From assembly GCA_937916125.1 (NCBI GenBank), contig CALGGE010000066.1, positions 27,908 through 91,907 of the forward strand: a stretch of DNA of 64,000 nt. The letters run 5' to 3'. The position numbers were made by a program, and so were the translations under genes. Origin of the DNA: an uncultured Elusimicrobia bacterium. Lineage in GTDB: Bacteria; Elusimicrobiota; Endomicrobiia; Endomicrobiales; Endomicrobiaceae. Position 1 is the stretch's first letter, and each line of letters starts with the position of its first letter. This document shows, piece by piece, positions 17,568 to 29,200 of the stretch. The notes below the pieces were generated by a model, which saw only the letters and a list, made by a program, of their open reading frames with translations, ran no database searches and was not told the origin of the DNA.

Positions 17568-20500
17568 TACGGTAAAGACTATGAGGCGGATAATATTTTT
17601 CTGATATTTTCGGTTATATTATCCCCGAAAATATAATCTGCAATTCTTAATATACCGGGATCAATTGCAGGACGTACGGGTTCAATTTCTTCCTTCTTAC
17701 AAGCTTTCATAAGCCCTGCGAGTAAAAGTCTTGCCTTATAAACGGTATCTTGTCTGTTATCCATATATCCTAAAGCATCTTTTGACAATATTGAAAAAGC
17801 TTCTTTAAACACCATTGAATCAGAATACAAACTGCCCGCCTTTACCTGAGAAGAATATAAATTTAAAATATTATTCCGTTTAGGACCTTGTTCATACTCG
17901 ATAAATTCATCCGGTTGTAAAGAAAAAACATCTTCAATATTCATTTTTTCCTTAAATAAAGATACGTGTGCCAACATTCCGTAAAAAATTTTCTGTCTCA
18001 TATCTGCTGCCTGCTGAGTATCTCTACTGACATACGGATTAACTACAAATTTAAAAACTTTGCCGAAATCACCCTGCTTGTATTTTCTTACAATATTTGC
18101 CTCGTATATTCCAAATAAAAAGCTGCTGCTTACGGAAATTCTTGTTTGTTTGGATTCCACAAAATAATCAAACAGATAAGAAAAATGTTCTTTCACATAA
18201 CTGCTTGCCGTAGTATCACTTTCGTTTCTTAATATCCTTGCTATTTCTTCCTCTTCCTGTTGAGATAAATTAACTTCCTGACGGGTTCCGTACTCATAAG
18301 CAAACCTCATTCTCTCTTTCATTCCTTTGGTTTCTTTAAACAATCTCATAAGATCCGATACGGCCTGTATTATATTGGAATTTTCTTTTGTATCTTCTTT
18401 TAATCGCTGTGCATATAACATATTTACCGGGATTATAAGTTTACCTATAGAATCACTGTTTATCACTTTCTGAAGAATTTCCTCAAGTCTCTCATCTATT
18501 ATATGATCCAAATAGACATCTTCCCCTTTTTCTGCAAGCAGAGCCAAACTTCCGGGATAACTGCCCTTAAGCAAAATACTATCTCTCTTGTTTGATAAAA
18601 ATACCAATCTTGTTTCATATTCCTGCTGGTCCTTATAAATTGAAATTTCATAATTCACATCGTTCATCTCCGACAAATCATATTTCCCTTCCATAAGAAG
18701 TTCTTCTTTACTTGATAAAGTTCTTGTAATTTTCAAATCATCAAAAAAATCTTTAAATTCATTCCAAACTTTATCGGCAACCTGAACAGAGATTTCAATA
18801 TCCGGAAGTTCATTTCTTATATTCTCAAAATCGTTTAAAACGGATTTAATATCTTCAATTGAACAATTTGCCAAGTCAAGTTTTATTCCGTCAACACCTA
18901 TATCATTTACGTCAACACTGATCGTTCTTACAAAAGTTTTAAAAAACTCGTCGAAAAATCTGAAAGTATATTCAAGCACCATTTTTTTACCGTTCTTATG
19001 TAAATTACCTGAAAGTTTGGTTAAATTTTCTTTTACCGTAGTTTCTCTGTTTAAAACACGAACATTTAAATTATTGTCTCTGATAACAACTGTTATAAAA
19101 TCTATATCACTGCCATTTAATATTTCAATAAATTCATTTTCTTCAAGTTCATTATTAAAAATATGTTCATCTGAAGCTATTTTTACACCTACATAAGAAG
19201 ATTTTTGCTCGAAAAATTCGCCGAAGAAAGATTTTCTCTTCAAAGCTTTAACGGCTTTTACATTTTCTGCAACCGCTCTCATATCTTCGGCAACATGAGG
19301 ATATTTCAAATCTTTTCTTCCTATTCTTGCAATAATATCTTCTATATTTACTACGGTATCGTATCCCATAACTTCCATTTCTTTTTCGTTTTCGGAATTT
19401 TTGCTTAAAACTACAGGTATATAAGTTTTGCCAAGAACCGACAGTGTCTGCCTTGCAGGTATTTGCGGAAACCCGTTAAAAGAAATAATACTGTTCTCTT
19501 CCTGTACTAAAAATTGCTTTGCATATTCCAACAAAACATCCTGCCAAATTAAACGTGTATCGGAAATTCCGACCAATATAATGATACCGTTATTATTTTT
19601 TAAAACATATACGGGTATTTTAACACCGTTCTTTTCCAAAATTGTCGGGTTACCATAAACTTCCTCTTCCAAAACGGAATTCTTAACGGGAACTATCGTT
19701 AAAGATAAAAAACCGAGTTTTACTTTAGCGTTAACGGCTTCTCTGATTCTTGCAATATCCAAAGTATCTGCTACATCCGACTCAATGGCAATCCAATTTC
19801 CTTTTTCAAATTTTGAGACCGTAGTATTAAAAAAACTTCTCACATTTGAATACAACTCTATAAAAACTCTCTTTAAATTGTCGTATATATACGTAACTTT
19901 ACCTTTTTTTATTGAAGGATTCTGAAGAAGTTTTTCCTCAACATTTAAATTTTGCATTTCTTCTCCTTCGTAAACATAAATTACATTTTCCTGCCATGGG
20001 AAACCTGCTTGAGTAAGCATTCTGTCAAAACTTTCCTTTCCATAATTATATGTAGCCATTAACGTTTCCAAATATGCCTGTTCGTTATGACCTCTGTTTC
20101 CCTCCGGGTACATTACTATCGTCAAACCGTCAATTTTTAAAACTTCTATTTTTTCAACATCTTTTGCCGTTGATCTTTTATACCAAACATCAAATATTTT
20201 ATCATCTTTTAAATCGCCGTAGATAATATCGGAAAATTTATCGGCAATAGAATCATCCTGAAAATAAACAGCAAGCTCTTTCAGCAAATATCCGGGCATA
20301 AATACAATAGAATCTTTACCGGACTTTGAATATTCCAATGCCTTATCCATAAAAGCTTTAAATTCTTCATTGGCTAAAATTTGCTCTTCCGGATGACTAT
20401 CATAATTACTTAATTTTTTATAGGTATATTTAACGGATTCCACGGGCCATATAAAAACAAATGTTTTATTTTCAAAATTCGGGAAAAAAGTCGTCAAAAC

Positions 20501-22110
20501 ATCTTTCAACCAATTGCGTTCTTTATAAGGGTATCTTATAATCGTTCCGTCAGATCTCATATAGTTGTGTTTATTCTGTCTGTTTACGGAAAACTTGGAC
20601 GGGAACAATCCGTAAAAAGGAATATCCGTATATAAAAATGTTGCAGATGTCATAATATCCGTAAACAAACTTTGAGACTCTTCCGACATAAAAAATGCGG
20701 AATCCTGTTCATCCAGCAGGGACATATCCAAGCATACATTTCGGTTCAACAATCCGTTACTTTCAAGAAACTCTTTAAAAGCTTTTGCATTTATTTCTTT
20801 ATTGGAAATAAAACTCTTAAATTTTGATATATCAGCATAAAAAACATTATTGCTATTGTAAATAAGTTCCGAACGTTCCTCAATTTTTTCAACATCAGAC
20901 CACTTTGTATATTTACCGTAAAAAACAATAACGGGATAAGTGTTGTCCCGGTTCCAATCTCTTTCAGAAGCCAAGAAAATTTTTCCTTTATTCAGTACGG
21001 ACACAAGTTCGTTTTTTTTCTTATCTGCAGAAGAAAAATCGGTTTTTAGAACTTTATATATTTTAATTATACCGTTTTCTCTTACAACTTCAAAGTCTCC
21101 CTCTGCCTGAATATCAATATCAAGCTCACCGATATCCGTCATATCAATATCTTTAACCGTAACGGATGTTTTATCGGAACAATTTATTTTAAAAATACTG
21201 CCATCAGGTATATAAACATTATTCAATGTTATTGTACCGTGCAGAGAAACTTCGGCATTTTGTTCGATGACGGTATCAACAAATACAACCTTTTCCAAAT
21301 CAGTATCTTTCGTATCGGCACCGTTATTTACCAGACCTTTCTTTTTTACTTCTTTAGTGTAAGCAGCTCCCCCGCCCGGAACGGCACCGACAACAAACAT
21401 CATCGGAAGCATTAAAACCATCTTCGTAAACAGCGACAAATTTCTATGTAAACGTTTTATTCTTCCCGGCTTTTGGGAACCCGTACTATTATCGACAAAT
21501 TCTTCTTCCCGTAAATTTGTTATTTCGTTTCTGTTATTGATTTCCTTTACGGTATTTTTCGACACATAAAACAGACGTTCTTTATTCTCAGACAAGAACG
21601 TCAACAAAAATCCTTTTTCGACAACTTCAATATTTTTCAGAACGGTATCATCGTCTAAACCTTTGGCATTAAAAATATCGGAAATATATTTTTGAACGAC
21701 AGACACATTTTCTTGTACCGTTTCAATATTCTTGTAACGGTTAAAAAGTTCACTGAGCAAATCATAATCCAAAAAGCCGACTGCTATAACCTTTGTAGGA
21801 TCATCCCAACTTTCGTTCATCAAAGAACTTCTTATAAATTTCTGATACGTATTGTTCAATATTGAAAGCTGTCTCATATAATCTTCATAAAATTTACTCT
21901 TACTTTCAATAACATCAACAGATTTTACGTTAGGCATAATAACGGCATAATTGATATCAAGTCCGTCCATAAGTTGTTTCATTCCGCGACTGTGATATCC
22001 TCCGGTTATTATGATATCTACAGGCTGATCCGTAGTTTTTAATATTTCTTCAAAAGACATTCTGTTATTATTTTTTATAACGGCTCTGTTTGCCGATTCT
22101 TCTTTATTTA

Positions 22111-22117
22111 TTTTTTT
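22111..22117 (-). other. A AAA AAA slippery heptamer followed by a 0-frame TAA, at the junction of P2 fragments B and C
   Basis: The minus strand reads CGG TTT ATA ATA AAA AAA TAA. The -1 frame continues ATA AAT AAA GAA GAA TCG ... directly into the 1,493-aa ORF. Confidence 0.7.
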
Positions 22118-22838
22118 ATTATAAACCGTCTCAAGAATATCAAATTCTTTTCCGTTAAAGTTTGTGAGAAAGATGAATATAAATCGGTTAAAATGATTTG
22201 TTCTTCATTTAACAATTGTACTAAATCAATATCATTCTTATTTTGCAAATAATCACAAAATATATAAAAATTTTTATATTTTTTACCGTAATTTTCATCA
22301 GAAGAATTATCATCCAAATATTTTTTTATTTCTTTATAGTATTGTAACGGATAATTCTTATTCAACTCTTTTATTTTTGAGTATTTATGATATGTCATTT
22401 TGTCAGCAAGAACGATGTTTATATCAAACAACTCTTTTTTAACTTTATTAAAGTTCAAATCTTTATAATATTTTTCCAAATCCAAATACTTTCTTATTGT
22501 CTTATATTTAAATAACGGAATATTTCTCTTTTTAGAAAGAGAAACAAGATATGAAAAATATTTAGACTGTGAAATGTACCCTTTCTTATAGCAATCAACA
22601 AGTTCGTCGAGACTTTTGACTGCAAAGCTGCAGACAAATGTTTTGGCATCATTTAAAACAGACGATATATCGAAAATTTTATTTTCAAGTAAAATTCTGT
22701 TTTCATATATTTTTGACAATATAATAAAATTTTCTTTATAAATATTTTCTTCTTCCAATCCCTTAAAATTTATTTTTTCGTTTTTATTAAAAATTCCGAA
22801 ATATTCCGCACCTGTTATTTTACCGTCAGTAAGCATTT

Positions 22839-22902
22839 TGTAAATAATATTGTTTCTGATTTTTTCATCTTGTAAATAATATTGTTTCTGACTTTTTCAT
22901 CT
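22839..22902 (-). repeat. 32-bp tandem duplication that frameshifts P2
   Basis: Plus strand: TGTAAATAATATTGTTTCTGATTTTTTCATCT (22839-22870) and TGTAAATAATATTGTTTCTGACTTTTTCATCT (22871-22902), with 1 mismatch. Removing either copy joins ...DEKVRNNIIYK to MLTDGKITGAEYFG in frame. Confidence 0.9.
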
Positions 22903-23286
22903 TTTACGGCTTTAAGCCAGTTGAAATCCAAATCTTTTACGGCACCCTCAAGATATATATTTTCAACATTATAATTTTTTGTCAAAAAATCCAAAATTAC
23001 GGCAATATTTTCCTGAGTATTTTTATCGGAGTGCAAATCCTGTATATTAATCAACGTTTTTTCGGCACCTATATATACATCATCAATAACCTTACCTAAG
23101 TCGGCGGGGATAAAATAATCCGCATTATCAACACTTACGGAAGTAATATTTACGGGTGCAATAACCGATGCACAAATATCACAACATATATAATTAACAA
23201 TACAAACCGTTAGAATACATGAAATCAGTTTTTTGTAATTATACATATTTTCTCCGTGCTGCAAAATATATAAAAATTTTACTGTT

Positions 23287-26200
23287 TTATGCTGCGGAAA
23301 GAATATTTTTAATATTATCAATATATCCGTCGGACTGACCGAAGCTCGATGTATCAAATTCTTTTATTGTTACAGGCAATAAGCCTATTTCTCCGCTCTT
23401 AAAATTAAATATACCGCCGTTTAATTTAGCCAACACCGTGCGATCTTTGTTTATTCTGTTGACAAGTATATTTTCCAATACACCGAAACCTAATAATTCT
23501 TCATATTCGGAAGGAATAATAAACCTTGCACTTTTTTGTTCTCTTGTTTCCAAATATACGGGTATGGACTGCGTATCATTAAGAGGGTTGGGAAGATGAA
23601 TAAAAGCCTGTTGTTGCGAATCCGCATTCCCCGCACTTAATGATATTTCATATTTAGTGTCATGTTGGACCGTAATAACATTTTCTTCCGAAACATCCTC
23701 TTCATTAACTGCATTTGTGGTAACAGGTCTTCTTTGAAGAATAAAAAGTTTACCGTCTTTAAATCCGAATTCAACATCAACGGCATAAAAAACATCGTCT
23801 TCCAATAATAACAGAACTTTAATAAGTTGTTTTATTTCTTCATAATTTAAAGTTCTTTCTTTTGCACCTTTATCCACAAAAGTTAATTTTACGCCTTCCC
23901 GTGTTGAAACTATTTTATAATCTTTGGTTGCAACGGAGTACTCCAATACATTCCCTGTTTCCATATTTACGGTTATTGTATCGGGAGTAAGTTTTCCCGA
24001 AACTATACCCTCTCCCAGTCCGTAAAGAGTTTCTATTGTGGTATTCCCGTATTTGTCTCTGCTGAAAGCAACTCCCGACTTATCAACATCTATCATAGTC
24101 TGTACCAACACCGCAGGAGAAACGATTTGTCCGCTGTTTATCATATATTTTATGCTTCTTTCTGAATAAAAGGATTCCCAACAGCTCAGCAAGGCATCAA
24201 AGAGATTTCCTCTGTCAACATTCAATACTGTTTCCCCCATACCGGCAAAAGCATTGTTTGCACTGTCTTCTCCGACACCGGAAGAACGTACGGAATATTT
24301 TGAATCTCCCAACGTTTTTAAAACCATATCTTCCAGTTCTTTCCTTAAAGAATCGGTTTCCTTAATTTTATTTTTGGAGTTTTCAATAAGGGAGATTATA
24401 ATTTTTGCGAAATTTTGAGCTAACTGATATTCTCCGTTATTTATCGCATTTTTAAAAGATTGTGAAAGCATTAAAAATTGTTGTTTCTGTCCGAGCATAT
24501 CAAAGAACCTCACAAAAACATCATAACTTATGCCTACACCTTCGGGAACAACTACATTATCTTCTTTTTCCAACAATCTGTGTATTTTTGCCAGTTCAAC
24601 GGTTTTAGAACCGAATTTATAAGAATCCCGTTCATATATATCATCAAAGCTCAGGATATCTCCTTTCGGACTATATACTCCGTAATTATAAGTACCGTAG
24701 AGTCTTAATTTTAACAGGTTTATAACATTTTCCGTATCGGTTTTTAATTCCTGCAAATAAGCATCTTCTTCAGTTTCCGGTATAAACATTTCATTCACAT
24801 TTGCCAATTGCAACATACCGACAATCTCATTTAAATCTTCCGGCAAATATTCATATTTTTCCAGCATAGTTCTGCATTCTTTTAAAAATACTTTCAAAAA
24901 TACAATTAAACTCTCTTTCGTATTTTGTGAAATTTCAAAAACTTCTTTTCTAATCATATCCAATTCTTGTCTGTATTCCGGAGATTTTATAAACTCCAAT
25001 TTCTCAAGCAAAGTCCTTACTATGGAATAGGCTATATTAGGATTGGCGGTTGTTTCCAAATTAGTTACGGCTTCATTCATAACTTTTACTTTATCCTGAA
25101 TATAACTTTCGTTCAGTTCTTTAATTTTATCTTTTATGGTTTGCGGCATATCCTGAGCAAAAAGCATATCCAAAGTTTGTGCCATTCGCGTATCACCGAT
25201 AGTTTGAAAATATATATATTCAACAATTCTTCCTATATTTTCAGCAACCGAATTTTTTATTAAGAAATCTTTTATATTTTCGGCGTCATCTTTTTCTATA
25301 TATGACTGTAAAAGTTTTAATGTCGAATCTTCTATATCGTCAAAAAGAAGTATATGTCCGGTTTCTCCGTTTAATAAAATAATAGAACCTTCACGTAAAA
25401 TTTTATCTTTGCTTTTGACTTTTCTTATACTTAAATTACCCAATTGAAAAGGATTTCCCGAAGAATAATAACATAAAATATTCAAACCCTTATCTTTCCA
25501 ACTTGCACCGTTAATAATAACCGACGGAGTATGATATTCCCTTGTAGTAATTGCGGCATGGCTTAAAACTCCTCCGCTTGTGGTTATTATTGCTTTTGCG
25601 GTTTTAATTCTTTCTACATCGTCGGGCGTAGTATAAGGTGCTACAAAAATGCTGTTTCCGTCAACATTATTCTTGTCAAACGTTACATATCCGGAGACAT
25701 ACGTACCGTTGCCTGCAGATATAGGTACGGCTCTGAGTTCCGGAGAGGAAAGGTTCTGTGTTTGTCTGTGAAGAAGATTGCTTATTCTATCCTGTTCCGA
25801 CGGACTTAACAGTTCCTGCCGAGGAATATCAAAACCTTCGTTACGTAAAATTTCGTAAAGTTCTTCAAATGTAACGGATTTTCTTCCCGAAAGAGAAACA
25901 TATTCCACAACGGAATATTTTAACCTTTTTATGGATGGTTTCGTAAGTCCTTTTACCGATAAAAAATCGCCGTTTTGCAGTTTCATATAACCGCTTACCG
26001 CCAATAAATCACCTATGTAACCGATAGTTTTGAATTTAAAGTTTGTATTCGGAATAAGGTTTATCAATTTACTTTTATTTATAGCGGCTTCTTCATCATC
26101 GGAAACGGCTTCCGCCAAATAAGAAACAACGTCATAATCTTTGTTTCTGCTCAATATACCGTTCTCATTCAAAAAAATTCTTCCTACGGCAAAACTTCTT

Positions 26201-29200
26201 TCTATAACATTATTGAACATATCATCCAACACATTTTGGGTTACTCTGAATCCAAACTCTTCAGGTATATCGTCGATCAAATCCAAAGATTGCAATACTT
26301 GTTTTAACCAATTCTTATCAAGGGAATTTCTTTGCGGACGAGCGGTAATTTTGTTTTCCGGCCATCCCGTAACCCCGTTCGGCATATATCCGTACCAAAT
26401 ATCTCCTTCCATAAATTTTTCAACCAAACTGTCAAAAGTTCTCCTGTAAGAATCCTCGCTGTATCTGTTGGACAATTCATCCAAATCCCAATCAAGCATA
26501 ACGGAATAACTGAACAAAGATACAACTTTAGTTGCAATATCTATAAAATCCATATCTTTATTAAATCCGTAATCCGTACTTAAAGTTGCTTTTAAACTGT
26601 ATGCGGCATCATTGCCCGCAGGTCGATTTATATCATTTTCCACAAAGAAACCGAATTTTTCCAATATCGTCGAGAAATATCTTATTCTTTCGGCGTTTCC
26701 GGTTTTCTTATCGCTTTCATGATAAGAGATGGTTATGGTTTTATCGGTATCAGCAAAATTCATAAATATATCAACACTGTGTGCAAACAATCTTGTCGTC
26801 CATACCAACAAATTATCCATACAAATAAAATCATCTATCTGATATTCATGTTTCTCTGCGGTTTTTTGTCGCGGGAGCTTATTTTGGGATAATCTTCCAA
26901 TAAAATCAAGTATATCCGGATTTAATTTATTTTCCGACAAATCATAAAGTTCCACTCCCGTTCTATCCAAACCGCCGGTATCCGAATATCCGATTGAAAT
27001 ACGAGGATTTCGATGAACGGCAACAACCGTTTTTATTGCTTTATCGCCTATTTCTATAATATCCTTTACTGTCTCTTTGAAATCCGAGATCGACGTTTGA
27101 TGAACCGCATTTATAAGAGTATGTATTTCGGTTATTTCCTCTATATGTTCGCTGTTCCATTGTTTTAAAGCCATATTCCGTTTTATCATATCTTTTGTCA
27201 AACTTGTCGTAAATAAAAGTTCTCCGTCCTGTTCCGGACGTATCGACAAATTATATAAAATATTGTTCAATGCGGTACGTGCATAATTCCCGTGTTCGGG
27301 ATTTATTAAGCTTAAAGATACTATCATTTTAGATAAAATTTTTACAAGTTCCGCAAAATCTTTTTCGGGATTTTTCGATGCAGACAAACCGTCAAGCAAA
27401 GATAAAACAAGATTGTTGTCATTAAGTATCGACTGCAAAGTATTGAATTTATCTCTTATTATCGCAACTTCTTTATTTTGTTTATTCGTAGTTCCGCTTA
27501 CGGTATAAAGTATGGGCGGTTCCTGCAAAATTATATTACCTGAAGTAAACATATCTTTAGGCAAATATTTTATGAGACGGGAAAATCTGTATTGTCCTCT
27601 CATCTCCGAAACAAACGCATCGGATACCGGCTTCAAAAAATAAGGAAGGTTGTTTTCCTCACATAATTCATTAAGCCTGTTTATGTCAAACAGATTATAA
27701 TTCTGCAAAGAAATATACAGCTCGGTCGAAGCCATATTAACAAGTTCGGATATAACATATCTTCTTGTTTTGTTATCAATATTTTTATTTTCCAAAATTA
27801 ACAACAATTTTTTTATTACGGATATTGCCAATACACGTCCGTTTTCTTTTTTACCGAGCAAATCATTACAAAACGACGATAAATCAAATAAAGTACAGTT
27901 ATCGACAACAATTTCCGCAAGGTCTTCGACATCGGATATAAGACTGTCTTTTTCAGGTAGCGGAATGCTCACATTCTTAATATTTGCTTTATAAACCGCA
28001 TCAACAAATCTTTGAAGCGTTTTCCTATTTAATCCCGGACCGTATATTGTACTCGTATCGTCATTCCAAGAATTTCTCTTGGCAGGATCTTCAACACCCG
28101 TATTTGCAAACATATAAGAATAAACAGAAATGTTTTTGGGATTTTTTTTCGAAAGTTTTTCAAACACATTATAGAACGTTTTTTCTCTTGATACGTATTC
28201 CAGAGAATTTTCATCCAAAGTATTTTGAGCAATCGGAGTATACACGACAAGGAGAAGCCGTTCCGTTATACCATTGCAAATATAGGTGCCGAAATCTTTA
28301 ATATCATTATCTTCCGAATTATAAAATTTACCGGAAATATCCATCATACCGTCAAGCAATCCGTAGAATTTTTCATTGTCGGAATTAACATCATACGAGT
28401 CAAACAGTATTTTAATCAAACTGTCCAACATCGTTTTTACGGTTCTTGTTCCGGTTTTCTTTTTTACTTTTGTAAAATCAAAAATAAACGGCAAAAAATA
28501 AGTTATACTATCTTCTTTTTGTTCCTCTTGTTTCAATATTATTTTCAACAACTCTTCCAACAATGTTTCCAGAAGGATACTGTTGCCGTCGTTAATTTTT
28601 TCAGCCAATTCTTCCATATTTGATAAAATTTCGGATACTCTTTCTCTATCCTGTTCCGCCGTAAAAGGTAATGCCTTTTCTCTGAAAACTCTGACATTAT
28701 TCGAAAGACTTTCGGAAAGAGATTTATCGACTTCTTTACCATCGGAAACGGCAAAATAATATTGTTTTAATGCATCATAATCTTTCAAATTATTTTGAAT
28801 TTGATACGGAATATCTTCATCTTTGGAAATAAATTCTCTGCTCAACAATTTATTTATTCCGTAAGGAATAAAATCCGAATTAATTTTATATGTTTCTCCG
28901 ATAAATTTGGAAACGTCGGCTAAGACAATATATTTGTCTCTTAATTTTCCTTTATGTATAAACAGAGAATCAACCATATGATAGAAAAAAGAATTGTTTG
29001 ATTTGTAAACATCTTCAAGTGCTATGAAAGGAATTAAAGAAAAAAGTAAAAAATCACTCATGTAAAAACTGCCCCAATTATCTATACCGTTCTGCTCGCA
29101 AAAAACTTTAAGCTTTCCGTAAACGGTAGAAACATCATTATAGTCGCCGTCTCTGAAATAATATTGGGGTTGATAATTGTGTCTGTTATTTTCTTTTACC

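Larger units (their letters stand above)
17579..23246 (-). pseudogene. giant paralog P2, split into three ORFs (A 22815-23246, B 22108-22836, C 17579-22060)
   Basis: Fragment A carries the signal peptide, INIQDLHSD and YLEGA. Fragment B carries GKITGAEYF and the helical insert. Fragment C carries IIITGGYHS, a TM segment and the tail ILSAS. The A/B break is explained by a 32-bp tandem duplication. The B/C break is a -1 frame change at an A7 tract. The start has a GGAG RBS at 23253-23256. Confidence 0.75.

Noticed and set aside
18872-18902. DIGVDGIKLDL in P2 fragment C resembling the GFDG(I/V)xLD strand motif of GH114/GHL-type TIM-barrel glycosidases (with FITVVIRD and MVLEYTFRFF as possible earlier strands)
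   Set aside because: It rests on one short motif plus loose strand-like patterns, which is too weak to call without a profile or structure search.
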